Position numbers and translations under genes: made by a program. A model generated the notes under the pieces. The model made no database searches. It had not been told where the DNA came from and saw nothing but the letters and a program-made list of their open reading frames with translations. Source: Entomortierella parvispora E1425 (Eukaryota > Fungi > Mortierellomycota). Taken from it: a stretch of 64,000 nucleotides of DNA. Below are positions 12,436 to 25,319 of the stretch, piece after piece; within the stretch, counting starts at the first letter, position 1, and each line of letters starts with the position of its first letter. The stretch is taken from contig BQFW01000009.1 in assembly GCA_020891255.1 (NCBI GenBank), positions 372,001 to 436,000 of the forward strand. The letters run 5' to 3'.

Positions 12436-13699
12436 CGCTTGATATTGGATATTGGACCAGAGTTCAGTTATGGCCGAGGAAGCTGTGCTGGGTCGAGTTG
12501 GAAAAAGAAAGAGGGCGTCTGTGGGAGAGGAGAGAGGAGAAGAACCGAGAAACAAGACGGCAGCGTGTGAAAAAGGAAGAAGGAAAAAGGAGGGGGATGT
12601 GGCTTTGATTTGCGTGGCCTTTGCCCCTGCAATGTTTGCTGTGCTCTCCATCTTTTAACGGACGGGACGGCACTGCCATTCAATGCTGGCCACAAGAATA
12701 TCGATCGCCTGTGCTCTGTGACCAGTCCAGCCAGCCCAGGGCGCGGGGCAGCAGCAACAGCAATAGCCTGCCTCCTTTCTTCGAGTCCAAGAGAATCTTT
12801 CGGTTTTGTGTAACTTGATTCTCGCTGGAAAGCAGAAAAAAGCTGATTTCCAGAAAGAATCATAAAGTGATTCTCTTGGGCACACAAGAAAGGAGGGCGG
12901 CTAATGTCCTCCTCCCGAGCACAGCGCAGACGTGTCTTCAGCGGCTGCCACGCGTGCGGTCCCGCCGGTGCCTCGAGGGTGTCTAACCTTGGGTGCGTGT
13001 CTAACTGGCCGCCAGTTTGGTCGCGGCAGAAGCGCGCACTGTGGTGCGGAGACTATGGGCTGCGGTGTGTGCTGTGCTCTTTCTTCCCTTCCTTCCTTCC
13101 TCCGCGTGCAGAGAGGTCCGGGAGCATGCTCCAACCCACAAGACCATCGCCCTTGCTTCCCATCCATGTTATTATTCTGACTCAGTTTATCAGCTCATTC
13201 ATTCATTCATGCTTGGGTCATCCGAGCTGCTCTGATTTGGTATCATGAAGAGACATTCTCTTCCAGCCTCCCACTGTTTGCTCAACAACCTCTCAGGATG
13301 GACGGGACTCCAAGAAAAGTCTGGAAAAATGCGACTGATAGCACTAAACCTGGTGCTGAGTTCTTAAGCAAGACACCTGCTGAATGTAATCCTCTTTCCT
13401 ATTTCAAGTGTCGTGAAGCAAATCCTCTCGTCGAGATCAGATTTTTCTGCCTCGGAGTATCAGGTTCATCGCGACATCGCCAATCCTATAGGGTCTTGCC
13501 GGAAGCAATCGATCAGACTTCTGGGCTGAAATCACGAAACAAGAATCCCAACAGCGACAACATGAGCAGTTGATGGAACACTACACAGGGAGGAGGTTCT
13601 TCATTAACAGCTAGATAGGTTTTTTTGAGTCATTGTCGCTTGCTTAGTTACAATGAATACATTCATTGCATGAGCGAAGGAAACCAGGAGGACCACGTA

Positions 13700-14372
13700 T
13701 GGTCAATTTTACGAACACGTCGCTTTCCCTTCGTTCGTGAAGAACTTCAGACCTACAGACCAGAGCGGTGCCCTTACCAATTATTCAAAAATCCTGAAAT
13801 CGTCTGAACTCGGCACAAGACGTCACCAGATGCTCCAAATTGCACATGCCTCTTTCACAAAGAATCGCTTGGGTAATTTCTGGAAGATATGGACTCAGCA
13901 GCTGTCGGTCGACCAAGCCCAACAAGAGCTTAACGCCAGTAGTCAATCTCGCGGGTGTCGTCGACTACAGAAACAAAGAAACTCGGGTTGTGTTTGCCAT
14001 TGGTCTTGCAGTGTTCAACAGTGGATACGGACCAGCGTCAAATCATCGGGTATTGTTGAAAAAGCTCATACACAGGGTAAGAGGCTTTGTCCATTCTTTG
14101 TACATAGTGACTATCTGAAAAGCGTATCCGATGTCTAACACATGTTCAAATGACTATAGATCCAGGAAGCATCCAATATCTACTTTGACCGCGACCAAGT
14201 CGGGTCTGAGAACATTGCTAGGGTGTGCGTGGCCTTTCTGGATGGACTTGAGCGACCAGCAAAGTTCAAGCCAGGACCGTCCGCACCACCAGCAGCGGCG
14301 TCCGCTTCATCAGCGCCACCAATAGCGGTCGGAGTAGGACCAAGCACACGGTCGTTGTCAAGAGCTACCTAG
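13700..14372 (+). pseudogene. Degenerate Fanzor/TnpB-like RuvC nuclease ORF (C-terminal part)
   Basis: Broken frames give LGNFWKIWTQQLSVDQAQQEL, then VVFAIGLAVFNSGYGPASNHRVLLKKL (~13988-14060), then FDRDQVGSENIARVC...GLERPAKFKP (14184-14275). The last resembles the RuvC-III (D/H)RDxxAxxN(I/M) plus terminal RP motif of fungal Fanzor/TnpB proteins. Several stops and frameshifts. Confidence 0.6.
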
Positions 14373-14454
14373 CCTTCCACTCGAACGCGCCTATAGCGTC
14401 CCTTTGCCTTTCAAAACTTTCGAGGCGTGGCAAGCCCGACACAATTTGCATTCT

Positions 14455-14645
14455 CAAGAGGAATGACGATCTTCTTGGCGACCCCATTCTTTATCCCGGG
14501 CGCGATGTTGATCTTTGTCGATGTGGACAAAGGACGATCAGAGCATCTGGCGTTCTACGAGGCGGAACAGGCAGAGAAGTCGAGGGTCGAGGACGAGACT
14601 GCGCTGATAGAAGTGGTCGGCTCAGGCTCCGAGTCTGTTCATGAG
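14455..14645 (+). pseudogene. Diverged duplicate of the 3' end of the Atg22-like transporter gene
   Basis: TIFLATPFFIPGAMLIFVDVDKGRSEHLAFYEAEQAEKSRVEDE aligns by eye with TWIFLATQFYIPAVMMLFVDVEKGRAEALAFYEAEQVEKKRISDE at ~18970-19100. Confidence 0.85.
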
Positions 14646-15040
14646 AAGTGGCACGACGAGGACGTTGTAAAAAGAACAAAAAAAAAAAAAAGGACGGGAG
14701 TCCCGATCAATAAAGAAGGCGATGAAGGTGATATCATACCCCATCCATCAATTGTCACTTGGTTTGATCAGTCAGAACATACTCTGGTCATGGGGGATGG
14801 TTGCTTTCAGTTGATATATCTTGCTGTCTATTTCCCTATCAACCTTGGCTCTGCTCTTCACCCGCAGAAAGATATGGTCAGTACCCTTGCCTATTCTCCC
14901 CTACAGACACACATCTTCGTGAATCTCATCCTCGCTCCAAACAGTTTCTTTTCTTCTTCGTAGGGTTGCTCCTCCTCTACCTCGTTGAGATAGCCACAGA
15001 CCCAACCCAAAAGTCAGTTTTACACTCGAGTGTGCTCTCA

Positions 15041-16260
15041 ATGTCAACCTTGAGTCCTAGTCGGCCCACAGTCGAAGAAGTGGTGGAAGAAGAGGAGGAG
15101 GCCAAGGAATCGGATGCACATCCTCTCAGCGTTGTTCTGAAGGGTGGTTCATCGATCTACCGGCTGGATGCGGCGGACGAACGATATCAACATGTATCAG
15201 CCTCATTCTTGCAGAGCTGGACAAAACCCAACGCAACAGATATTCGAATCGAGGCCATCTGGAAAGTGCTTCCCAACCGCCTCCTACGCCGCCGACACGA
15301 AGCGTATAGACAATCCATATCAACAGCTCTGGATCCGTTGGTCCTGAACGAGAAGACGCTGTTCCATGGGACACATTCCTGTTTGGCACAGCGGATCTTC
15401 AATCAGCGTATGAATGTAGTCCACGATCTGACCCTGGATGAGGTAAAATCGACTGGAGTACCATCAATCATCAGATGGACGCTTTTTTTCCCCTTCTTTC
15501 TTGCCTTGTTCACCGCTCTGAAAACAGGATTACTTCTTTATCTTTTCCAACACAGTTGTTTTGCCAGCAAGATACTTGCGCGACCTGTGGGATTGCTTCG
15601 GCGGGCTTTGATATTAGCAGGTCAGGCGAAGGGTCCATCCAGCGGGGCCTGGGTCGGATCTGGCAGAGGTTCGGCCATGGCATTTACTTTAGGTAAAACC
15701 TTTGATGTCACTGTTATTTCGGGAAAATGAGCCTCATACACGAGTTCTAACCATTACTGCCTTTCGCTATCCCTTCAGCAAACACTCGTCCAAGTGTCAT
15801 TTCTACTCGAAAACAGGGGTTTGTAGTTTGTACACCTTGAAATAGAGCCTTTGTTCTCCTTGGCGCACGACCTTGTGAGGTTGCTCATAGCTGATCATAT
15901 CTACATTACAATCCTTAGGAGACCGGTCTCAACCCAGATACAAACAGACGCTATTCGACAATGGTGGTGTCCAACGTTGTCCTAGGCAACGCGTTCACAG
16001 CCCAAGGCTCTTCAAACGACAGGAAATGGACAAAGGCTCCCCAAGGCTACCACAGCGGTAAGATCAAAACTTGTTTTAGTATCGATCACCCGTTGAACAG
16101 GAATGGCTCAACCGTCCCTCTTTTTTTATTTCCTCTCCCAGTCCAAGGGCTTCCAGGATATGCAGGAATCAACTATGAGGAAAACGTGGTGTTTACAAAA
16201 GACGCATGCCTGCCCAGCGAGATCATCGTGTATTCATTTTCGCACACAACGGAATATTAG
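15041..16260 (+). CDS. Stand-alone PARP-like ADP-ribosyltransferase catalytic domain protein; exons 15041-15442, 15556-15692, 15779-15818, 15919-16057, 16142-16260 (278 aa)
   Basis: All four introns are GT-AG and phase-compatible. NEKTLFHGT, RFGHGIYFSKHSSK, MVVSNVVLG, APQGYHSV and INYEENVVF give the H-Y-E signature. Confidence 0.85.
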
Positions 16261-17310
16261 CTTCGAATACGGACAGAGGACCAAGGATCGTCGATTGTCT
16301 CCTCCTTCCCAAACAGAGCGCATGGAAATAAAAAAAAAGTCGGTTCAACTGTTTGTCATTTGAACTGATTCATCCAAAAAAGCCATGTTCCTGCACAGGT
16401 AGCCACATACACACAACGACAAACACACTAGACGAAAACAAAAGAGTTCACGCCGGAGAGGTGGCTCAATCGTCCGCAAATGGAGCAAGTTAAGCCATGG
16501 CGTCACGTCTGTAAAGGAAGGTGTGGCTATTCGAGCTAAACGCGTGCAGATACGATAGCCCCCGGTTGAAGATTTCGGACACCTTAAGATGATTAAAGGA
16601 TGTGGGGCAGGAGAGTTGCCCAAGGAATGCTGTCTGAGGATACAAGTTCAAGATGAGAGCCATCTCAGACCATAAGGTTGCCACACGGACATCACATTGG
16701 GGCGCACATGGAACAAGAGAACAGAGGGAGGCTGAAAACGAGGGGACCAAAGTTTTATTTGGCCTTTCACAAATGGATCCATCCATGAGGCTGGCAACAA
16801 GAGGCGGTCGTTGTTTGGGTCCACCTTGCCACGGAAGAATTCTGTGCAATCGAAAAGAGAAGACTTTACCCCCACATGGATGGAATACAGCGACTGTCAA
16901 GGTAGGCGTCTATTGTTTGTTTTGGGGCCAGCAGCAGCTCTTGTTTTTTTGTTCGCTTGTTCGATCCTCCACCAGACTTTGTCCTCTTTGTTTCTCGCCC
17001 TCGGCCCCCTTCTTTTTGTTTTGTTTGTTGCTCAACTGACCGAAAAGGTTTTCTTTCCTCCCTCCACTCTTTCCTCCTCCCACTATAAATGAGCTCAGAG
17101 ACAGACAAACGGATTGGATTTAGTTCCCTTGGATCCCATCCGAACCAGCCCCCTCATCCTCTTTATTCGCCGCCCTTCCTCGTCGACTCGTCTGTTCATG
17201 TTCCGATCTCTGTGAACAGCAGCCTCTCATCCTTCCGCGAACATCCAACAGGAACCAGATTATTTGCCCTTTACTTCGGCCGTTAGGTCACCCACCGTTG
17301 CCTCTATCCG

Positions 17311-19213
17311 ATGACCTCTAGCTATGACGATAGCGGTCTTACAGACCGCAAGGTCCCCGGTTCTAACCTAGAACCGACTCTTGAGTTCAACAGTTCTCTC
17401 AACAACCAGGAGCAAAGGGAAGGAGGAAGCGACCTGGACAACATGACGCGCGGGCAACGTCTGAGACGCAAGCTGTTCTGGGATGACCCTCTGGACGACC
17501 AAGAGTTGCAGTCTCAGATTGATGAAAAGTTGGTCAAGAAAAAAGAGATTTGGGGATTCCTTCTCTTTGGATTCGGCTATTACACCTACAACAACACTTG
17601 TCAGTCCCTGCTGCTTCCGATTCTCATTCAGGGTGTGGCAAGAGGGGCGGCGCATTTGGAATCCAATTGGAACATCATGTGCCCAGCAGAGGACAGTGAT
17701 ATCCCACCAGGAGACCGATGCCTTGTCCCGTTTGGATGGATTCGCGTCACCACAACATCTTATGTGCTGCTCACGAACGTGGTGTTGACTTGGTGCGCCG
17801 TCATCTGCTCCCTGGGTGTCTCGGCCGTGGCCGATCATGGACGGAGGTCCAAGAAACTGACTCTGTTCTTCACGGCCATGTTGTGCTTCATCTCGTGCTT
17901 CATGTTCATGGGCGCGCTATGGCCGGGCATTTGGTGGTTTTGTGGATTGAACTTTGTTGTTGGTAAGGAAGCAAAAAAACTCTTGTGACCCAAACCCTTT
18001 GTGTCTTCTAACCCAGTGCCCTTTTTTTTTCTATCTGCTCGTCTTTTTAGGCGGTATCATGAACTCTGTGGCGCTCAACTTTTACGATGCCATGATTCCC
18101 AACTTGACAAAATACCACCCGACCGTGGTGCGTGCCGTTCTTGAACATGGCGACAACTCGGAAGAGTATGTTGCTGCAAAAACCAAAGTCCAAACCTTCC
18201 TGTCTGGCGGCGCGTCTGCGAGCGGATATGTCGGCGGGCTCTTCTTGACCATCGTCATTGCCCTCATCCTCTTGTTCGTCGGACAGACGTTACTCATTGT
18301 TGGCTACTGCGTGATCTTAGTAGCAGTGTACATTGCCATCGTCACAGTCTTCTTTGCCCGACTCTCTGTCCAGAGAACCTTCCCGCCTTTGCCTCCCGGA
18401 ACCAACAAGTACACGTTTGGATACAGGCGAATCGGTAAAACCGTGGCCAAGGCGCGCAAGCTCAAGACCCTGTTTTATTTCCTCTGCAGTTGGTTTATTC
18501 TCGGGGATGGACTCACCTCGGCTTCCAGCATGGCCATCTTGATTGCCCAATCGGATCTCCAGCTCGGCAACTCTTCCTTGATCGTGGCTGCTTTGGTTCA
18601 GTTTATTACTGCAGGACTGGGCATGGTCTTTTGGATCTGGATGCAAAACTCTCGGGGCATGGCGCCTAAAAAAGTCGTTATTCTGAACACGGTGCTCTTT
18701 GGTCTCATCCCCTTGTATTGTCTTTTGGCGTTGATCCCCGGATGTCCGATCGGTCTTCAACACGAATGGGAGCTGTTCATGCTGGCGGCCTTCTTTGGCT
18801 TCTTTATGGGTGCAATCTACTCGTCGAATCGTGTCGTCTACGCCCAATTCATCCCCAGGGGCCATGAAAACGAACTGTTTGCATTGTACGAGATCTCTTC
18901 CTCGGCCTCGTCCTGGATCGCGCCTTTGGTCTGCACGGCCATTATCGAGAGCTCTAGCACACGCAAGACTTGGATCTTCTTGGCCACTCAGTTCTACATC
19001 CCCGCAGTGATGATGTTGTTTGTCGATGTGGAGAAGGGCCGGGCAGAGGCTCTGGCGTTCTATGAAGCAGAGCAAGTCGAGAAGAAGAGAATCTCGGATG
19101 AAGCCAGTCTAGTGGCGGACGGGAAAGGAAGTGGGGTCTTGGGCACGACAACAGCAGAGACCGGTTCGTCCCAAGGGGAACGGACCATGAACGACATGAC
19201 CAAGATGGCATGA
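17311..19213 (+). CDS. ATG22: Atg22/UMF1-like MFS transporter (vacuolar amino-acid effluxer-like), 2 exons (intron ~17963-18050)
   Basis: Multiple TM segments; SAVADHG, FYDAMIPNL, FILGDGLTS, YAQFIPRGHENELFALYEISSSASSWIAP motifs. Confidence 0.8.
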
Positions 19214-19309
19214 CAATAATACTACTCTACTCTCTAGGTCAACCCAAAAAATAAAAAAAATAAAAACAATTGGACCACCATGGCAGTAAGAAAGAACCAA
19301 ATCAGATTT

Positions 19310-22300
19310 TTATTGACTGTTTCTTGTCGGAAGAAACTCATTTTCCAGCTGCCAGAGATGACCTTGAACTTGCCCCACAAGATTCAGCAATCCTTCGCGA
19401 GTCTCCTTCATCCATTTCACTGTCTTTTCACGTTCGAGATGTTCCAAGAGAAGCCCTCCTTGGACCACCTGCTGACCACTATTTTCCTGCATCGTGGTAT
19501 TACCACTGCTAACAGATCCAGAATCCTCGCCTAGCTGATGCAGACTCTGTGCTCGGTTTGCTTGATTGGCCTTGTGAGAGATCAAGAACGAAAGTCTTTT
19601 AAATGCTTCCGCCAAGCTCTCTTCATTCCCGCTCTCGCCGTAGGCCTCCTGCTCGCGAATGTCGTTTTCTAGCACAGACGTGACAGAAGCTGCCGTCGGG
19701 GATACTACAGAGGAAGCTGGTTTGGGTGGTCGCGAGCCGGATCTCTCACAAGCCCTAGCCAATGCTTGATCCAGTGATTCTGCTACCATTGTCATTTCTC
19801 CACGGTCGCCACCTTGAATACGACTCAAATGACGTCCGCGATCTGGGCCCATGACGCCATTGAGAGGGCTGCCAACATCTGCTGGAGAGGCAAGGACCTG
19901 GTGATGCTCCGGTTGTGTCGCTGTGGTAGAACCAGTCGCCGAGACTCTGCCATTACTCGGGGAAACGCAGGACGAGCGTGTACTACCGGGATGGTCCACA
20001 AATCCTAGCTCTGCTAAACTCTGTTGCCTCTTTCGAAGAAGATCCCTGTCCTTTGCATCATTCAGCTGAATGGTCGCAGTTTCAGTAGCGTCAGCACCAT
20101 CTACATGGGAAGGCGGTGTGCATGATCCTACAATATGAAGTCGACCTCCAAGGCTAAAGGATCCTGAACCAAGACTTCTTTGTTTTCTCTTCCTGACCAC
20201 AGCATGGTGGCCAACTGGCCTTGGGTCCTGCTTTTCTTCAAGTGATACCAGTGTGCTGTTACATGTCTCGTGTGTTTCCGGAACTTGAATCTCACCCTTG
20301 TGGCCCTGGTTCTTCAAAGCCAGATCCGCAATGGCATCCAGAGTGCCAATGGCAGACTCCTTTTGCACGAGAGGCGCCTTTGGGGTGGCAGAGTCAGATT
20401 CGGGTTCCAAAGCCGGTGTTAAACGGTCTTTGTCCAATTGCTCCTTATTATTGTTGCCAGTCTCTGTTTCCAGCTCTTGCTGTTGCTGCTGCTGCTGTTG
20501 ACGATGGTTTACCAACCCCATCATTATGGTGGCGGCATGGGCTGTCAAGAACTTGGAGCTCAAGCTGCTTCGTCCCGAGTTGCTGGTCCTCAGGCTGTTG
20601 GTTCGACTGCTGACGTTCGTCCTTGGAGAAATGGTCTGCAGAGAGGGGTCCAGATGGATACGTGCTGGTCGCTTGGGCGAAGGGGACAATATTTCGCCCT
20701 CCTGAAAGCTTCCAGAAATACTCCTCAGAGGGGACAAAGAATCTCCATCGTTGCTTTGAATGCCGGTTCGTAGATTGAGAAAAGGAGAGGCGGGAGTTTG
20801 AAGGCGGTCAGGGGTGGACAAGCCATCGTATGGCTCGTTGTTGTCACTTGCAGTGTCGCAAATGCTCTCTTCGTCCCCCTCTGCTGCCTCATCATCGTCA
20901 TCTCTGTCTCTATCTTCAGATGTTGCCTCATTCCCAGTTAGATCTTCATCGTCCACCTTATCCGTAGCAGCCTCATCAAGGGGTTCGATTAGAGGTTCCT
21001 CCTCTCCTGCTAGTGTCCCTGAAGGAGATGTCAATCTTGAGCGTAGCAATTCCAGGCCGTCATTATGACCAGACTCTGTATCATCGCTCATGTCATCTCC
21101 ACGGCTACCGCTATCGTTGTCATTATCGACATCATTTTCATCCTTGTCCTCGCCAGCGGCATGTCGTGCGTTTTCTCCAACAGCAGGCATTGGATCCATT
21201 ACACTATGATCGCTCAGAGAATGCCGTTGTTCCTGCGAGGCTGTATTTGCTTTAGTACTCCTTGATCCAAGGAATTTAGGCGTGGCTTTTTCCTCTGCTA
21301 CGGTCATTGAGCTTGCTCTCGGTCGGATGCCTGTGGGGAACCATCGATCGTTCACTCGTCGTCCTGGTGAAGGCGCTCGAGACGATTTAGTGCCGGTCGC
21401 CTGCGATGGTGTAGTAGCCCTTTCTTTCACGACATTTCTGTTCCATGCAGGCAACACGATCTCCGCAGAGTGTACCGCTCTTGATCCTGGAGTTAATCTG
21501 GAATGGACAGGTTGGGTTACAGAGTTTTGTCTGGGGCGGTTCAGTGGGCTCTTTGAAACTGTGCTCTTCACCCTTGGTCTTGGTCCAGAGAGCTGAGATG
21601 TCGTCATTCCAGAATTGAGAGAGGGAGAAGGCCGGACAGATTTTGCAGAAACAATCGGAGTAAACGATAGGCTGCTTGGATCCTGAGATTTCGTTCGCAC
21701 CCTCCGGCGACTAGTCTGCTGAAGGTCCTTGGAGTCTCCAACAGTGCTCTCTGATCGAATATCAAAGTCGTCGCTCATCATCGATGCTGTCGAGTTTCGC
21801 CGTGAGGATCCTGAAAGCTCGCCAGAGTGGGCAGCCAATCTATCCGTTGATCGCTTCAGCTTGAGAGCAGCTGGACTTGTTCCCACAGGTTTTGGTGGCT
21901 GTTGTGTCAACAGGGTGGCTTCGAGTGCCTTGGATGCCAGGTAGGATGGCAGAGTGATATTCTCCTTAACCCTGAGTTGGATTCGTTTACGCAAATCCAG
22001 CGAAAGCTTCCAAACAAGGATACACCCGTCAGCACTTGTAGATATTATTCGATCGCAGGTGCTGGTGAACTTGACATCCGTGACGAGCTCTGAATGGCAA
22101 ATCATGTGGGCTAGACAAGTACCATGAAGGAGATCGTATATACGAACGGACTTGTCGCTTCCAGATGCAGCCGCAATTGTTCCTGATGAATCCAGACAAA
22201 TATGGTTCATGCTGCAAACTTCTGCCATCCCAGTCGTCAAGTCATCGCCTTTTGTCTCTGCTTTAAACGACTTGATTGACTTTCCAGTGTCCACCGCAAA

Positions 22301-25300
22301 GATATTGAAGCGTCGGTCTCCAGATACTACAGAGAGGGTGTTGCTAGGTCCGTACAAGTTCATATCATAACAAGTCGCTCGTCCAGGAGCCTGGTGATAA
22401 GGCATAAAACTGACCCCTTCGTCTGTCTACAAAGATGCAGTGTATATTGTTAGTGGATCGTAAATACAGATGCTATTATTGACCATCGGTTGCCTCATAT
22501 CGTGGTACCTGTTGTCCGTTTCGAAATATGATACTCTTGTCTGCCCCACAGCTCATCAGCCTTGATCCATCTCCAGTGAACTTGATGCAGGTAATGGATG
22601 AAGAGTGGTCATCCAAAGTTTGGAGAAGGGCGTACTGCCGATGGATATCAAAAATGTGGAGTAGTCGATCTCTGCCAGCAGTAGCGACTAGGTATGGAGA
22701 GCCGTCGTTCTGCTGTTCCGTGAAATCGATCGCCAGAATCTCATTTTCGTGTGCCTCCTGATAGGTTACTTGATGAAATGACGTTAAATCATGCACCCTG
22801 TAGCGAGTATAATTGAGCGGTGAGTAGGTATATTCAGCTCGAGTATGGAACCATGACGACGATGAACTTACCTCAAATTACCACCCTTGTCTCCTGACGC
22901 AATTAAAAGGCCATCTGGACTGAATTTGACTGTGCGAATACCAAACTCTGGAGGCGGACTATTGAACCCTGGGTCGGCACCATCTGATATGACATTAAAA
23001 TAAATTGCTGTCAGCGCCATTTCCAGATCCTTACGACTACCAGACCATCCTACTAACAATAAGTTTACCATTATTTTCTGGAGGCTGGATAGAGGGGACG
23101 CAGTTTTCGTCCACGTAGAGTACTTTAACGATTTCCTTGCTAGGCAACACCTCTGCGATGATTTCTTCAGTAGTCATTGTCAAGGGGGTTTCCTCGATCG
23201 GAGAGCTCATTGACACGCCATCGTCTAACTGCCAAAACCTGATGGATCCATCTGCCGCATATGTCGCAAAAGTATCGGGTGGAAACTGTGAGTGTCCCTC
23301 AGGAGCTGTGCTTTCTGGCACAATCTTTATATTAAAAGCGAAAAAAAAAAAAAAAAAAAAAAAAAAAGTTAGTGCAGCTCTTACTACTACCATTCCCATT
23401 TCCACATATCGTGACGCTCTTACCTCTACTCCCCAAACACAGTCTGAATGGGCAAGATGGCTTCGCAGGAGCTTTGCATCGTTACTATCTTCCAGGTCCC
23501 ATACGACCATTGACCGATCTGAGTAGATTGAGATGAGTAACTTGGACTGCTGGTCATACTGTGTCGCCAGGACGTCCGAGTAGACAGCCTCTGACTCCTC
23601 ATGGTCTGCATCGTGTTGATAGGGTGCCCCGGTGAATGATCCGATCGGACTTGGCTTGGGTAATGTCGTAATATAGAGAAGAGTGTCTGTCTCAAACAGT
23701 CTGTCGAGCGTTATAAAAATAATCCAAGTTGGTGAGCCATGGGGCTTTTAGATCTGTGGATGGGAACAACGTGGTTACATTCGGTGTCCATATTGTTTAC
23801 CTGATAATACCGTCTGTGCAAGCGCACACGATCCGTCCATCCTCAGTCAGGTTGATAGAATAAGCTCCACGGACATGGAGGTCGATCCACTTTTCCAAAA
23901 CCCGGTTTTCTGAAAATAGACACAAGACTCCATTGGAGGTAATGGCGTATGTGGATCGACCGTCATCACTGCAAGCTGCATCAACGTAGTTGCCGTCTCG
24001 TAGTTCCCCTAGAATGCCAGCTCGGCCGTCTATTACTTGCACATTGTGCGCCGTTGAGCTCTGCACATTGCATCAGTTTTTACTTCTACAAGCGTGATGA
24101 TATTGCCATTGCTAACGAACAAGAGAGTACTTACTGAGGACTTTTTGGTCGAGCCCGAGTTTAGATACCAGAACTTGATGTGTCTTAGACCAGCGGTGAC
24201 AAAGTATGACCCGTCTTTGGAAAAGGCAAGTGCATTGACCCTTGTCGTCACCTTGTTACTGGCGGTTTGCAATCCAGTCCTCCAGTTCCAGACATGAATA
24301 TATCCATCGTGCTAATGACGAATGAAAGTGTAGGAGTGATCAGTGCTTTGAATCAAGGATCAGCCTCTTGCCTATGCGTCCATGAAGAAGGCCTTGTGTA
24401 GTACCTGGAAGCCCAACGAGACTAGATGCTTCGAGTTGGGAGAAAACTGGATGGCCTGGACGCCAAACTTGTGGCCCTGGAGTTCTGCCAGAAGTAACTG
24501 GGAAGCCACCTCCCAGATCAGGATTCGTGGTTGATGCCCTGTCTATATGCAGGCGGTTGAAAGCAGTAATGAGCCATGTTATCTCTTTTTCCAGGAGACC
24601 CTTGATCTTTCAAAGTCATGCCCAAGTAGATACCTCTCCAATGGCCAAAAACTGTCCGTCGGGCGAGAAGGACAGGCAAGAGATCGGCTTTGGTTTGATG
24701 TTCTTGTTGCTGCTCGGGGTGGATAGTCCAAAGCTCGAGGCCACAGACGGATCGGACAGAGCAAGCGGCATCAAGCCCGCCAGCGGGTTGATGTTTGGAC
24801 TCGCCAGTGGATTGTTCATCCACTGCGAGTTCAGGGCCGTCCTCGGCGAACCACCCAAGGAGGATGCGATTCCCCTTTGCCCCGCACCCAGCAGATTGGT
24901 GCTGTTGAAGTTGTGTGTGCCTGGACCAGCTGACCCTGCTTCAAGGCTGGGTCGTTTAAGTGTGGAACTACAGAGGAGGCCCACCTGCTTGTCGAGTTTG
25001 TGGTTGTAAAGAACGACCACACACCCAGCCGCATAGGCGACGAGGTCATGGCCCGAATTCACAGAGAGGACCATGGGCTTGTTTGAGGTCAAACCCAGGA
25101 CACGATCCAGTTTGAGCTGAAAATGAGTGTGAATAAGGAGGGAGAGCGATTCGATTAGATCAGTTGGCGGATTCCATTGTGGTCATTGGCAGATCAGTCT
25201 AAAGGAGGTGCAAGTACCATGCATTCTGTGTCCTTGCGTTTGCGTCGCATGGCAGGACTGGATGCAGCAGTTGAGGCATGGCTGGCCGAGATTTGTCGAG

Positions 25301-25319
25301 GGGTGCTACTCCTGAGCAT
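19310..25319 (-). CDS. WDR62/MAPKBP1-like WD40 repeat protein, multi-exon
   Basis: LKLDRVLGLT, VAYAAGCVVVLYN, LSFSPDGQFLAIGE, FVTAGLRHIKFW, IVCACTDGIIR, DRSMVVWD, HSDCVWGVE, SGDKGGNLR, AHENEILAIDF, TAGRDRLLHIFD, LDDHSSSITCIKF; long Ser-rich C-terminus. ATG at 25319-25317 inferred by splicing to LKLDRV. Confidence 0.88.

Noticed and set aside
18317-19075. 252-aa antisense ORF (and similar antisense ORFs over NmrA, NAB2 and the LRR genes)
   Set aside because: Shadow ORFs caused by codon bias of the real gene on the opposite strand.
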